64,000 bases of DNA from Candidatus Latescibacterota bacterium (GTDB lineage Bacteria > Latescibacterota > UBA2968 > UBA8231). Below, piece after piece: positions 8,347 through 18,230 of the stretch. The stretch spans positions 1,600,001 through 1,664,000 of the forward strand of contig OZ241362.1 in the NCBI GenBank assembly GCA_965200315.1. Reading direction: 5' to 3'. Made by a program: the position numbers and the translations under genes. Every line of letters begins with the position of its first letter. Position 1 is the stretch's first letter. A model generated the notes under the pieces. The model worked only from the letters and a program-made list of their open reading frames with translations, was not told the DNA's origin and ran no database searches.

Positions 8347-10869
8347 ATGAAACGCAATCGGAAACTCGTGCTGATCGTGGCACTGATCGCCGCCGCAGTA
8401 TACTACCTGCTGCCGAGCGTGGAATTTTATAGCATGGCGGATGACGAGCGAGAGGCCATGGAGCTAAAATCTCCCGGGCAACTCGTCGATCTGAAAAAGC
8501 GCTCGCTCAACTTGGGACTGGACTTGCAGGGTGGTATTCACCTTGTCCTAGAGGTTAAGACCGAGGGGATGGAGCAGCAGGAAGCCCAAGATGCGGTTGC
8601 CCAAGCCCAGGAAGTCATCCGCAACCGCATCGATCAGTTTGGGGTGGCCGAGCCGACTATCCAGCGCCAAGGCGAAAACCGCATCATCATCGAGCTGCCC
8701 GGCGTCCAAGACGTGCAGCGCGCCAAGGATCTAGTAGGCCAGACCGCGCTGCTCGAATTCCAGCTCCTCGAACCCGCTGAGGACCGCACTCGCCTGATCC
8801 AGCGCATTGACCAAGTGCTGGCTCCGAAAGAAGAGGGAGAGGAGGAAGAAGAAGACCTCCTCCTTTCCTCCACCACAGAAAGCACCCCTCTCTCCTCCAT
8901 GCTCAGCCCTGCCGGCGAAGACCTCACGGTCTCGGGCCGCGACTTGCAGCGCGTCAAGAACTTACTCAACACTCCAGAAGCGCGAGAACTCATCCCCGCA
9001 GACGTGGAATTCCTCTTTTCGAGCAAGCCCGCCGGAGCCGAGGGCAATGAGTTCTACTTCCTCTACTTGGTGCGCAAAAAGCCGGAGATGACCGGGCACA
9101 TGATTCAGGACGCCTTTGTCTCCATCGGCCAAGTCGTCGAATACATGGGTCAGCCCATCGTCAATTTCTCGACCACCGACGAAGGAGTGCGGCTCTTCAG
9201 CCGTATCACAGGTTCGCACATCGGCGATCGCATGGCCATCGTCCTCGACGAATCGGTGTACTCGGCCCCGGTCATCCAGAACAAAATCAGCGAGGGGCGC
9301 GGCATCATCACCGGCAGCGGCACCCAAGAAGAAGCCAAAGATCTCGCCATCGTGCTGCGGGCCGGTGCCCTACCAGCCGAGGTCGAGATCATCGAAGATC
9401 GCACGGTCGGCCCCTCGCTCGGGCGCGACTCCATCGAGCAAGGCAAGACCGCAGCCCTATACAGCATGGTGCTGATAGTAATTTTTATGGTCCTCTACTA
9501 CCGAGCAGCCGGGCTGATAGCCGACTGCGCCCTCTTGCTCAACATGCTCTTCATCATGGCGGTACTGGCCGGTTTTCACGCCACGCTGACCTTGCCCGGC
9601 ATTGCTGGCATCATCCTGACCATCGGCATGGCCGTCGACGCCAATGTGCTGATCTTCGAGCGCATCCGCGAAGAGCTGCGCTCGGGCAAGACCGTTCGCG
9701 CGGCCATAGATTCCGGCTATGGCCACGCGCTTTCGGCCATCATCGACGCCAATGTGACTACGTTCCTAGTCGGTATCGTGCTCTACCAGTTCGGCACCGG
9801 GCCGATCCGCGGCTTTGCTTTGACCCTGTGCATCGGCATTATCTCCAGCCTCTTTACGGCCTTTTTTGTAACCCGCACGATCTTCGAGCTGATCACCCGG
9901 AAGTCGGAGCAATCGCGCTTGAGCATCGGGCCGGTCGCGCTCTTTGCCAACCTGAACATCCGCTTCCTTTCGCTGCGCAACATTGGTTTCGGAGCCTCGG
10001 CGGCAGTGCTGCTCATCGGCATCGTCTCCATCTTGGGCATCAATGGCATCCGCAAGGGCATTGACTTTGCCGGTGGCACCTTGCTGGAGTTGCACTTCGA
10101 TCCAGCCATCCAAGTCGAGGACATCCGCAGCCAGCTCGGTCGCGTCCCCGTGGGCGATGCCGAAATCGACCTGAGCAAGAGCGAGATCAAGCAGTTCGGG
10201 TCGGAAAACGACATCCTCATCCGCGTCAGCGAGAGCGGGGCAGGCACTGAGGTGGCCGATGGCATCATGGGGGTACTCAAGGCCGGATTTGCCAGCAGTA
10301 TCGAAGAAATGGAGTGGATCCGCCGCCAAGAAAAGGTCGGCCCCAAAATCGGTAGCGAACTCAGCAGCGCGGCCGTGCGCGCCGTGCTGGTGGCCTTGGC
10401 GCTGATCCTGATCTACATGGCTTGGCGCTTCCACCGCTTCCTCTACGGCATCGCCGCGGTCGTCGCGCTCTTCCACGACGTGCTCATCACCCTCGGGCTA
10501 CTCTCGCTCTTCGACATTGAGATTACCCTCGCGGTGGTCGCCGCGCTGCTAGCTATCGTCGGGTACTCGCTCAACGACACGATCGTGGTCTTCGATCGCA
10601 TCCGCGAAAACTTGCACACGGTCCGCCGGCAGGGCTTTGACGGCACGGTCAACCAGAGTATCAACGAGTGCCTGAGCCGCACACTGATCACCTCGGCGAC
10701 GACCCTCTTGGCAGTGCTGGTGCTGATGATCTTTGGCGGCGAGGTCAACCGCGACTTTACCATCACCTTGATGATCGGCGTCGTGGTCGGCACCTATTCG
10801 TCTGTATTCGTCGCCAGCCCAGTGCTCTATCTAGGCCAACAGCGGGCCGCCGCCAAAGGCTCCGACTAA
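8347..10869 (+). CDS. secDF: Protein translocase subunit SecDF (fusion)
   Basis: LGLDLQGG, IGMAVDANVLIFERIREE, GIDFAGG, GYSLNDTIVVFDRIRE; start refined to ATG 8347. Confidence 0.96.
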   Translation: MKRNRKLVLIVALIAAAVYYLLPSVEFYSMADDEREAMELKSPGQLVDLKKRSLNLGLDLQGGIHLVLEVKTEGMEQQEAQDAVAQAQEVIRNRIDQFGVAEPTIQRQGENRIIIELPGVQDVQRAKDLVGQTALLEFQLLEPAEDRTRLIQRIDQVLAPKEEGEEEEEDLLLSSTTESTPLSSMLSPAGEDLTVSGRDLQRVKNLLNTPEARELIPADVEFLFSSKPAGAEGNEFYFLYLVRKKPEMTGHMIQDAFVSIGQVVEYMGQPIVNFSTTDEGVRLFSRITGSHIGDRMAIVLDESVYSAPVIQNKISEGRGIITGSGTQEEAKDLAIVLRAGALPAEVEIIEDRTVGPSLGRDSIEQGKTAALYSMVLIVIFMVLYYRAAGLIADCALLLNMLFIMAVLAGFHATLTLPGIAGIILTIGMAVDANVLIFERIREELRSGKTVRAAIDSGYGHALSAIIDANVTTFLVGIVLYQFGTGPIRGFALTLCIGIISSLFTAFFVTRTIFELITRKSEQSRLSIGPVALFANLNIRFLSLRNIGFGASAAVLLIGIVSILGINGIRKGIDFAGGTLLELHFDPAIQVEDIRSQLGRVPVGDAEIDLSKSEIKQFGSENDILIRVSESGAGTEVADGIMGVLKAGFASSIEEMEWIRRQEKVGPKIGSELSSAAVRAVLVALALILIYMAWRFHRFLYGIAAVVALFHDVLITLGLLSLFDIEITLAVVAALLAIVGYSLNDTIVVFDRIRENLHTVRRQGFDGTVNQSINECLSRTLITSATTLLAVLVLMIFGGEVNRDFTITLMIGVVVGTYSSVFVASPVLYLGQQRAAAKGSD

Positions 10870-10897
10870 AGCGAGTTGGGCGGGACCGCCTCTCGCC

Positions 10898-12109
10898 ATG
10901 AAAACGATAGTAGTAGCTGCCTTTGTCTTGCTGTTGATCTACTACGGACCGCCACAGGATCGTTCCAGCCCCTTTGACGTCGCGTGGATGCTGGGTGCGC
11001 TGGCTCTCTTGGCCGCGACTGGAGGCCAATTGGCGCAGGCGACCCGCCTACCAGCACTGGTGGGCTGGATCGGGGCCGGGATGTTGCTGGGCACTGGCGG
11101 CTTGCAACTCGTCGATATAGGCGCATTCTCCCTGCACCAATTGCTATTTCTCACGGCGGGCCTCGGGGTCGGGTTCCAAGTAGGGCTACACTTAGTATGG
11201 CCAACGTACGCTTGGCGCATGCTTGGGTTGGTAGCTGCGGTGACCGCGCTGGTCTTTGCCGCGGTCACCGCGGCCATCGCATTGCTCGGGCTGCCTTGGG
11301 AGCAAGCCGTACTCCTCGGCGCATTGGCCAGCTTGTGGGGGCCTTTCACCGGCGTACCGGAATTTGGCCGGCGCGGCGCACTAGTGCTGGCCGTGCTAGG
11401 GACGGGTTGCGCCCTCGGGGCGTTGGGTGGAGCACTGATTCTGCTGGAAACCGGAGCCTCGGGATGGGTCGGGCGCGTCGGCCTTTCGCTTGTAGCTGGC
11501 GGCGGGCTGGGGCTGGGGCTGCGCCTTTTAAGGAGGTTCGCCACTCCAAGCGCGACCATAGTCTCCGGCCTAGTCGGGGCGTTTTTTTTAACGGCTCTCG
11601 CACTGGAGCTCCTCGGGCTGATGGCGCTGCTCTGCGGGTTGGTGGCGGGACTCGTACAGGACAAGCAGCAAAGCCGCCGCGTCCGGTTGCTACTACACCG
11701 GGGCGCACCGGTGGCCTTCATGCTCTTTTTCGCACTCTTGGGGACCGCGCTCGATCTCGGCGCACTGTGGCCGCCCGCAGACGGGCTGTACGAGGCCGCG
11801 CTCGTCCTAGTGACCGTGCCGCTACTTTTGCGGGGACTGGCTCCCATAGCGTACTACCCGCTACCCGGCCCCTATCGAGGGCGGCACATTGGCTGGCGGC
11901 TCCTGCCGCGCGGCGCATTGCTGTTCGAGTTGTTCTGCGGCCCGCACGGGCTGGCCCCCTACGTAGGGGCCGAGGGTCTGTTGGCGCAGGCCGTGCTCTT
12001 GGACATTCTCGTTTCGACCTTGCTTTTCTCCTCCTCGTCATTGCTCGTAGATGCGAGCCTTGTCCCCGCGGAAAAGGCTCGCCCCTCAGAAGAAGAAGCG
12101 GCGACCTGA
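10898..12109 (+). CDS. Polytopic membrane protein, cation:proton antiporter (CPA)-like
   Basis: Many hydrophobic segments; RLPALVGWIGAGMLLG and FFALLGTALDL resemble CPA motifs. Confidence 0.55.
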   Translation: MKTIVVAAFVLLLIYYGPPQDRSSPFDVAWMLGALALLAATGGQLAQATRLPALVGWIGAGMLLGTGGLQLVDIGAFSLHQLLFLTAGLGVGFQVGLHLVWPTYAWRMLGLVAAVTALVFAAVTAAIALLGLPWEQAVLLGALASLWGPFTGVPEFGRRGALVLAVLGTGCALGALGGALILLETGASGWVGRVGLSLVAGGGLGLGLRLLRRFATPSATIVSGLVGAFFLTALALELLGLMALLCGLVAGLVQDKQQSRRVRLLLHRGAPVAFMLFFALLGTALDLGALWPPADGLYEAALVLVTVPLLLRGLAPIAYYPLPGPYRGRHIGWRLLPRGALLFELFCGPHGLAPYVGAEGLLAQAVLLDILVSTLLFSSSSLLVDASLVPAEKARPSEEEAAT

Positions 12110-12175
12110 GCCAAGCCGCTGTTGGTTTGTGTCCAACTAATCTGATTTGTATTTTTAGCAGTTTAGATATTTAGT

Positions 12176-12868
12176 ATGGACCACATTCGCGACAACTGGG
12201 AATTACTGCACACCCGCATTGAGCGGGCGGCCGAACGCAGCGGGCGCACAGCAAGCGCGATTGAGGTCGTCGCCGTCAGCAAAACGCGCAGCGCCGGCGA
12301 AATCGAAGCCGCTTACGCCTGCGGCTTGCGCAGCGTGGGCGAAAATCGCATCCAAGAAGCAGCGGTCAAGCGCCCGCAGGTCGCCGCGCCCCTCGCTTGG
12401 CACTTTGTCGGCCACTTGCAGACGAATAAAGCCGGGCTGGCCGTCGAGCTTTTCGACCTCGTGCAGTCGGTTGATTCCGCCCGGTTAGCGCGGGCACTCA
12501 GCCGCCGGGCCGAGCAGGCCGGCCGCACCATCGAGGTGCTCTTGCAGGTAAACACGGCCGGTAGTCTGAGCCAAGGAGGAGTAGCACCCGACCAGCTCGT
12601 CGATCTAGTCGCAGTCCTCGCGCCGCTGCCGCACTTGCAGATTCGCGGCCTGATGACCATTGCCGCTCACAGCGAGGACGAAGCCACCGTCCGGGGCTGC
12701 TTTCGGGCCTTGCGCGAGCTCGGCGAAAAAGTCGCCGAGTGCGGGCTGGCGGGCGTATCCGTGGACTACCTGTCCATGGGCATGAGCGGCGACTTTGAAC
12801 TCGCCATCGCCGAAGGGGCCAATCTGTTGCGCCTCGGCACGGCCATCTTCGGCCCGCGGCCGACCTGA
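12176..12868 (+). CDS. yggS: PLP homeostasis protein YggS
   Basis: VAVSKT, GENRIQE, WHFVGHLQTNK, LSMGMSGDF, RLGTAIFG. Confidence 0.96.
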   Translation: MDHIRDNWELLHTRIERAAERSGRTASAIEVVAVSKTRSAGEIEAAYACGLRSVGENRIQEAAVKRPQVAAPLAWHFVGHLQTNKAGLAVELFDLVQSVDSARLARALSRRAEQAGRTIEVLLQVNTAGSLSQGGVAPDQLVDLVAVLAPLPHLQIRGLMTIAAHSEDEATVRGCFRALRELGEKVAECGLAGVSVDYLSMGMSGDFELAIAEGANLLRLGTAIFGPRPT

Positions 12869-12884
12869 TACACAGGAGATAATC

Positions 12885-13178
12885 GTGTTCGATTTCGGCG
12901 GTTTTTTCACAGACGTCAAGGGCCTCCTCATCGGCCTCATCGAGATCTACAGCTATGTGGTCCTCATTCGGGTGCTGATCTCGTGGTTCAACCCCAGCCC
13001 CCACAACCCACTCGTCCAATTCCTGCGCGGCGTCACCGATCCGGCCCTCGATACAGTGCGCTCCTTCTTGCCGAGGTTTTTTTGGTCGACCGGCATAGAC
13101 TTCACGCCGATAGTCCTGTTTTTCCTGCTCAAGCTCATCGTCATCTTTCTCCACCGTCTATTTCCCGCAGCCGGATGA
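12885..13178 (+). CDS. yggT: YggT family membrane protein
   Basis: IRVLISWFNPSPHNPLVQFL..TDP, GIDFTPI; AGGAG RBS before GTG 12885. Confidence 0.9.
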   Translation: MFDFGGFFTDVKGLLIGLIEIYSYVVLIRVLISWFNPSPHNPLVQFLRGVTDPALDTVRSFLPRFFWSTGIDFTPIVLFFLLKLIVIFLHRLFPAAG

Positions 13179-16100
13179 GCATGGCACCCCAAACCCCTTT
13201 TGCCCCGGTCCCGTCCCAAGTCGATTTTCCCGCTCAGGAGCGCCGCATCCTCGACTTCTGGCGCGATGGCGACCTGTATCGCAAATCCGTCGATGCCCGT
13301 TCCGTTGAGCAGCCCTTTCGGTTCTACGACGGGCCGCCCTTTGCGACCGGTCTGCCCCACTACGGACACCTGCTGGCGTCCATCACCAAGGACGTAGTGC
13401 CCCGCTACTGGACGATGCGCGGCTACCGGGTCGAGCGACGCTGGGGCTGGGACTGCCACGGCCTGCCCGTTGAAAACGAAGCCGAGCAGCAGCTCGGGCT
13501 CGGGTCGCGACGCGACATTCTCGAATACGGCGTGTCCCAGTTCAACGAAGCCTGCCGAGACTTGGTGTTGCGCTACACGGCTGAGTGGCAAAGGCTAATC
13601 GAGCGACTAGGGCGCTGGGTTGACTGGAACCACCAGTACCGGACCATGGACCCCGATTTCATGGAGTCCGTGTGGTGGGTGTTCAAGTCGCTGTGGGACA
13701 AAGGGCTCGTCTATGAGGGCTACAAGTCCCTCGCCTACTGCCCCCGCTGCGCGACACCGCTGTCGAACTTCGAGGTCAACCAAGGCTATCAAGATACTCA
13801 GGACCCGTCGATTACAGTGCGCTTCCGCGTCGCTGGCGAGCCGCGTTTGTCCCTGCTCGCTTGGACGACGACCCCGTGGACTCTACCCTCCAACATGGGC
13901 TTGGCCATCGGCCGCGACATCGACTACGTGCGCGTCACCACCGGCGACGGAGAGCAATTGATCCTCGCCGCTTCCCTCGTCGAAGGCCTCTTTCGCCGGC
14001 ACGACAGCGAGATCGCCGAGGTAACGCCTGTCGCTGTCGAAAATCTCATCGAATTGCGCTACGAGCCTCTGTTCAACTACTTCGCCGACCGCGACGACGA
14101 GGGCGCTTTCCGCGTCGTAACGGCCGACTTTGTATCTACTGACGACGGCACTGGCATCGTCCACATTGCCCCGGGGTTCGGCGAGGACGATTACCAACTC
14201 GGTCTGGCCGAGGGCTTGCCCGTGGTCTGCCCCATCGACGCCGACTGCTGCTTCACCGACGAAATCCCAGACTTTGCGGGCACTTTTGTAAAGGACGCAG
14301 ATACGCCCCTCATCCGCCGCTTGCGCACCTCGGGCCAGCTATTCTCCGAGGGTTCCATCGAGCACGCCTACCCATTCTGCTGGCGCTGCGATTCGCCCCT
14401 CATCTACCGCACGATCTCCACTTGGTTCGTAAAAATCGAAGGCGAGGTAAAGGAGAAGATGCTCGCCGCCAATCAGCAGATCTGGTGGATTCCCGAGCAC
14501 ATCCGCGATGGCCGCTTCGGCAAGGGCGTTGAGTCGGCACCGGACTGGGCCGTCAGCCGCAATCGCTACTGGGGCACACCACTGCCGATCTGGCGCAACG
14601 AGGAAACGGGCGAAGCCGTGTGCGTCGGCAGCCGCCAAGAGCTGTGCCAACTTACCGGACGCGATGTCGACGACCTGCACAAGCACTTCATCGACGACCT
14701 CGAGATTCCAGCGCCGTCTGGAAACGGCTCGCTGTGGCGCGTGCCCGAAGTCCTCGACTGCTGGTTCGAGTCTGGGTCCATGCCGTACGCACAGAGTCAC
14801 TACCCCTTTGGGCGGCGCGAGGACTTTGAAGCCTCTTTCCCAGCCGACTTCATCTCCGAAAACCTCGACCAGACCCGCGGATGGTTCTACACCCTGACGA
14901 TCCTCGCCGCGGCCCTGTTTGACAAGCCGGCTTTCCACAACTGCATCGTCGGCGGCATGTTGCTTGCGGCCGACGGCCGCAAGCTGAGCAAGCGGCTGAA
15001 GAACTATCCCGATCCGGCTGAAATGCTCGATACCTACGGCGCCGACGCCCTGCGCCTCTATCTGCTCAACTCGCCAGCCATGAAGGCCGAGGAGATGCGC
15101 CTTACCGAAGAGGGCATCAAGCAGAGCCTGCGCGATGTCATCATTCCCTTGTGGAATGCCTATAGCTTCTTTGTCACCTACGCGACTATTGACGGTTGGA
15201 CGCCAAACGAGAGCCGCGTACAGCCGCTCGACCACCGCCTCGACCGCTGGATTCTCTCGGAATTGCAGACCTTGCTCCGCGACCTGAACGCCGAAATGGA
15301 AGCCTACCGGCTCTATCGCACAGTACCGGCGATGGTGGCTTTTATCGAGAAGCTGACCAACTGGTACATCCGCCGCAGCCGCCGTCGCTTCTGGAAGTCC
15401 GAAGACGACCAAGACAAGCAGGCCGCGTACGACACCCTCTACCGGGTGCTGGTGACCTTCATCAAAGCCCTCGCGCCGGTCTTGCCCTTTATCACCGAGA
15501 GCATCTACCAAAACTTGGTGCGCCGCGTGGGTGCCGAGGCACCCGAAAGCATCCATCTGTGCGATATGCCCCAAGCCGACGAACACTTGCGCGACGCCGC
15601 CTTAGAGCAGCAAATGGAACTGGCGACGCGGGCCGTGGTCTTGGGCCGCTCGCTGCGCAGCAAACACGCGCTCAAGGTGCGCCAGCCGTTGCGGCACCTC
15701 TATCTTTTGCCTCCCAACGGACACAGCCACCACGAGCTAGAGCAGATGACCGACCTGCTAGCCGACGAACTCAACGTCAAGGAGGTGGTGCTGGTGGACG
15801 ACGAGACCGAACTCAGCGAGGTCTCCTACCGGCCCGATTTCCGCGCCTTAGGGCCGCGCTTCGGCAAGCAGATGCCAGCGGTTGCCGCCCGCATCCAAGC
15901 TCTGACGGCTGAGGATGTACACCTCCTCGAAAGCGGTGGCCAGGTTTCGGTAGCCGGCGGCGAGATCGGGCTGGACGACATCGTCGTGCAGCGCCGGGAG
16001 AAAGACGGCGTGGTGGTAGCCCTCGACAACAATCTCGGGGTGGGGTTGGATGTCCAACTCGACGACGAGCTAATCGCCGAATGCACTGCGCGCGAATTCG

Positions 16101-16336
16101 TCAACCGCGTGCAGAACATGCGCAAAGAGGCCGGGCTGGATGTCGCCGACCGCATTCACGTCTGGGTGCGAGGCGAGGCCGCTTTGGAGGAAGCAGTTCA
16201 GCAGCACGGCCCGTACATCGCCGCCGAGATCCTAGCGCTGGCCCTCCACACCGGCGACCTGCCTCAGGCGGCGCTCTTGCAGCAGGAGCGGCAGGTCAAC
16301 GGCCACGATAGCACCATTGCCATAGTTAGGGCCTAA
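13175..16336 (+). CDS. ileS: Isoleucine--tRNA ligase, type 2 (eukaryote-like)
   Basis: FYDGPPFATGLPHYGH, GWDCHGLPVE, DQTRGWFY, KLSKR; ATGA overlap with yggT. Confidence 0.97.
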   Translation: MSMAPQTPFAPVPSQVDFPAQERRILDFWRDGDLYRKSVDARSVEQPFRFYDGPPFATGLPHYGHLLASITKDVVPRYWTMRGYRVERRWGWDCHGLPVENEAEQQLGLGSRRDILEYGVSQFNEACRDLVLRYTAEWQRLIERLGRWVDWNHQYRTMDPDFMESVWWVFKSLWDKGLVYEGYKSLAYCPRCATPLSNFEVNQGYQDTQDPSITVRFRVAGEPRLSLLAWTTTPWTLPSNMGLAIGRDIDYVRVTTGDGEQLILAASLVEGLFRRHDSEIAEVTPVAVENLIELRYEPLFNYFADRDDEGAFRVVTADFVSTDDGTGIVHIAPGFGEDDYQLGLAEGLPVVCPIDADCCFTDEIPDFAGTFVKDADTPLIRRLRTSGQLFSEGSIEHAYPFCWRCDSPLIYRTISTWFVKIEGEVKEKMLAANQQIWWIPEHIRDGRFGKGVESAPDWAVSRNRYWGTPLPIWRNEETGEAVCVGSRQELCQLTGRDVDDLHKHFIDDLEIPAPSGNGSLWRVPEVLDCWFESGSMPYAQSHYPFGRREDFEASFPADFISENLDQTRGWFYTLTILAAALFDKPAFHNCIVGGMLLAADGRKLSKRLKNYPDPAEMLDTYGADALRLYLLNSPAMKAEEMRLTEEGIKQSLRDVIIPLWNAYSFFVTYATIDGWTPNESRVQPLDHRLDRWILSELQTLLRDLNAEMEAYRLYRTVPAMVAFIEKLTNWYIRRSRRRFWKSEDDQDKQAAYDTLYRVLVTFIKALAPVLPFITESIYQNLVRRVGAEAPESIHLCDMPQADEHLRDAALEQQMELATRAVVLGRSLRSKHALKVRQPLRHLYLLPPNGHSHHELEQMTDLLADELNVKEVVLVDDETELSEVSYRPDFRALGPRFGKQMPAVAARIQALTAEDVHLLESGGQVSVAGGEIGLDDIVVQRREKDGVVVALDNNLGVGLDVQLDDELIAECTAREFVNRVQNMRKEAGLDVADRIHVWVRGEAALEEAVQQHGPYIAAEILALALHTGDLPQAALLQQERQVNGHDSTIAIVRA

Positions 16337-16355
16337 GCAGAGAGGGAAAAATAAA

Positions 16356-16760
16356 ATGGACCACGAATCCAAGCAGATGGAGCAAAAAGACCTCGATTTT
16401 TTCAAAAAATTGCTCCTTGAAAAAATCGCCCAGACCTCAGCCGATGTCGAAGCTATCGAAAACACCTCGCGCAATGACGCCCGGGAAACGGCCTCTGAGG
16501 ACCGCTCGACCTATTCGCTGCACATGGCCGACCACGGGACCGACGCCATGGAGCGGGAAAAATCCCTGCTCCTCGCCCAGCGCGGTGGCGATTACATCGA
16601 CTACTTAAACAAGGCCCTAGAGCGCATTGAGGACGGCACTTTTGGTATATGCCGCACCTGCAAAAGGCCAATCGGCCGCGGCCGCCTAGAGGCCGTGCCC
16701 ACCGCCACCCAGTGCATTAGCTGCAAATCCAAGCGCGAGGGGGCGTCGGACTTAGAGTGA
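16356..16760 (+). CDS. dksA: TraR/DksA C4 zinc-finger protein
   Basis: HMADHGTD coiled-coil tip, FGICRTC...RLEAVP..CISC. Confidence 0.85.
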   Translation: MDHESKQMEQKDLDFFKKLLLEKIAQTSADVEAIENTSRNDARETASEDRSTYSLHMADHGTDAMEREKSLLLAQRGGDYIDYLNKALERIEDGTFGICRTCKRPIGRGRLEAVPTATQCISCKSKREGASDLE

Positions 16761-17272
16761 ATTTCCTGTGGATCATACCACTGGCCGTGGCCCTCGATCA
16801 AGCTAGCAAATTCATCGTCCGCGGATCCATGACACTGTACCAGTCCGAGCCTGTATTGGGCGACTTTTTTCGCCTGACCTACATCCACAACCCCGGCGCG
16901 GCCTTCGGGCTGAATATGGGCAGCCCGCTTTTGCACACGGCCTTCTCGCTCCTCGCACTCGGCATCCTCGTTTACCTCTATCGCTCGCTGGCCGCCAACG
17001 AGCAGCTTTTGCGCCTAGCCCTCTGCCTGGTATTAGGCGGTGCCGTGGGCAATATCATCGACCGCCTGTACTTGGGAGAAGTGGTGGATTTTTTTGACTT
17101 CGGCCTCGGGGATTTGCGCTGGCCGATCTTCAACTTTGCCGATTCCTTCGTCACCGTCGGCGTCTTGCTCTTGGCCTTGGGCTACTCGCGCCGCGAAAAG
17201 ACGGACGCCTGTCGAGCGCCTGAAGAGGAAAATTCCCATGGACCTCGCCGTCCCCGTCGAATCAGCCGCTGA
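16757..17272 (+). CDS. lspA: Lipoprotein signal peptidase II
   Basis: DQASK, NPGAAFG, GGAVGNIIDR, VVDF, FNFAD. Confidence 0.96.
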   Translation: MNFLWIIPLAVALDQASKFIVRGSMTLYQSEPVLGDFFRLTYIHNPGAAFGLNMGSPLLHTAFSLLALGILVYLYRSLAANEQLLRLALCLVLGGAVGNIIDRLYLGEVVDFFDFGLGDLRWPIFNFADSFVTVGVLLLALGYSRREKTDACRAPEEENSHGPRRPRRISR

Positions 17273-18191
17273 GCGACTCGATCTTTTCCTCCGCACCCAC
17301 TGTCCCCAACATTCGCGCAGCAGCATCCAAGCACTCATCAAGGCCGGAGCGATCCGCGTCAACGGCAAAAAGACGCGCCCGGCCTATTTGGTCCAGCCCA
17401 GAGACGAAATCGCCATCGAACTGCCCGAGCGCGAGCCCACAACCGCACACCCTGAGCCACTCCCCCTATCCATCGCGTACGAAGACGACGACCTGCTGGT
17501 CGTGAACAAGGCGGCCGGCATGACCGTGCATCCGGCTCCGGGTGCGACCGAGGGCACCCTCGTCAATGCGCTGTTGCACCACTGCCGCGAGCTGTCGGGC
17601 ATCAACGGTGCGCTCCGTCCGGGAATCGTCCATCGGCTCGACAAGGAAACCAGCGGCTTGATGCTAGTGGCCAAGCGCGACACCGCCCACCGACAGCTCG
17701 CCCACAGCCTGCAAGCGCGGCGGATTGAGCGGTGCTACCTCGCCCTTGTATGGGGGGGGATGCGGGAAGTTGAGGGCCGGATTGAGGCCCCGATTGGCCG
17801 CCACCCCAAGAACCGCAAAAAGATGGCCGTAATCGCCGGAGGTCGAGCCGCGACCACGAACCTCAAAATTGCCGAGCGCTTCCCCTTTACCAATCTAATC
17901 GAATGCCGCCTAGAAACCGGACGCACGCATCAAATCCGCGTACATCTGGCTCATATCGGCCATCCAGTCTTCGGCGACCCCGTGTACGGAGGCCGCGATC
18001 AGGCGCGGGGCATCCGCCCGGAATTCCAGCGTCAAGCCAAGTGGATGCTGAGCTTGATCAAACGCCAAGCCCTGCACGCCAAAAAACTGCGCTTTGCGCA
18101 TCCGACCACCGGAGAGATGATGGAGTTTACTGCGCCGCCGCCGGAGGACATGCAGGCCGTGTTAGAGGCAGCGCGGATGGAGAGCGGATAG
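17238..18191 (+). CDS. rluD: RluA/RluD family pseudouridine synthase
   Basis: S4 domain, RPGIVHRLDKETSG, LETGRTHQIRVH; start refined to 17238. Confidence 0.93.
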   Translation: MDLAVPVESAAERLDLFLRTHCPQHSRSSIQALIKAGAIRVNGKKTRPAYLVQPRDEIAIELPEREPTTAHPEPLPLSIAYEDDDLLVVNKAAGMTVHPAPGATEGTLVNALLHHCRELSGINGALRPGIVHRLDKETSGLMLVAKRDTAHRQLAHSLQARRIERCYLALVWGGMREVEGRIEAPIGRHPKNRKKMAVIAGGRAATTNLKIAERFPFTNLIECRLETGRTHQIRVHLAHIGHPVFGDPVYGGRDQARGIRPEFQRQAKWMLSLIKRQALHAKKLRFAHPTTGEMMEFTAPPPEDMQAVLEAARMESG

Positions 18192-18230
18192 CGCGCGACG
18201 GCCCTAGAAAACCGACGAGGAGAACGGCCT

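Noticed and set aside
14339-15586. Long antisense or alternate-frame ORFs (also 10984-12174, 36790-37710, 55849-56799, 59533-60900)
   Set aside because: Typical high-GC shadows of well-supported genes, with no recognisable motifs.
13175-16336. Type-2 IleRS as an acquired mupirocin-resistance gene
   Set aside because: It lies in the conserved yggS-yggT-ileS-dksA-lspA context with host-like composition, so it is the housekeeping copy.
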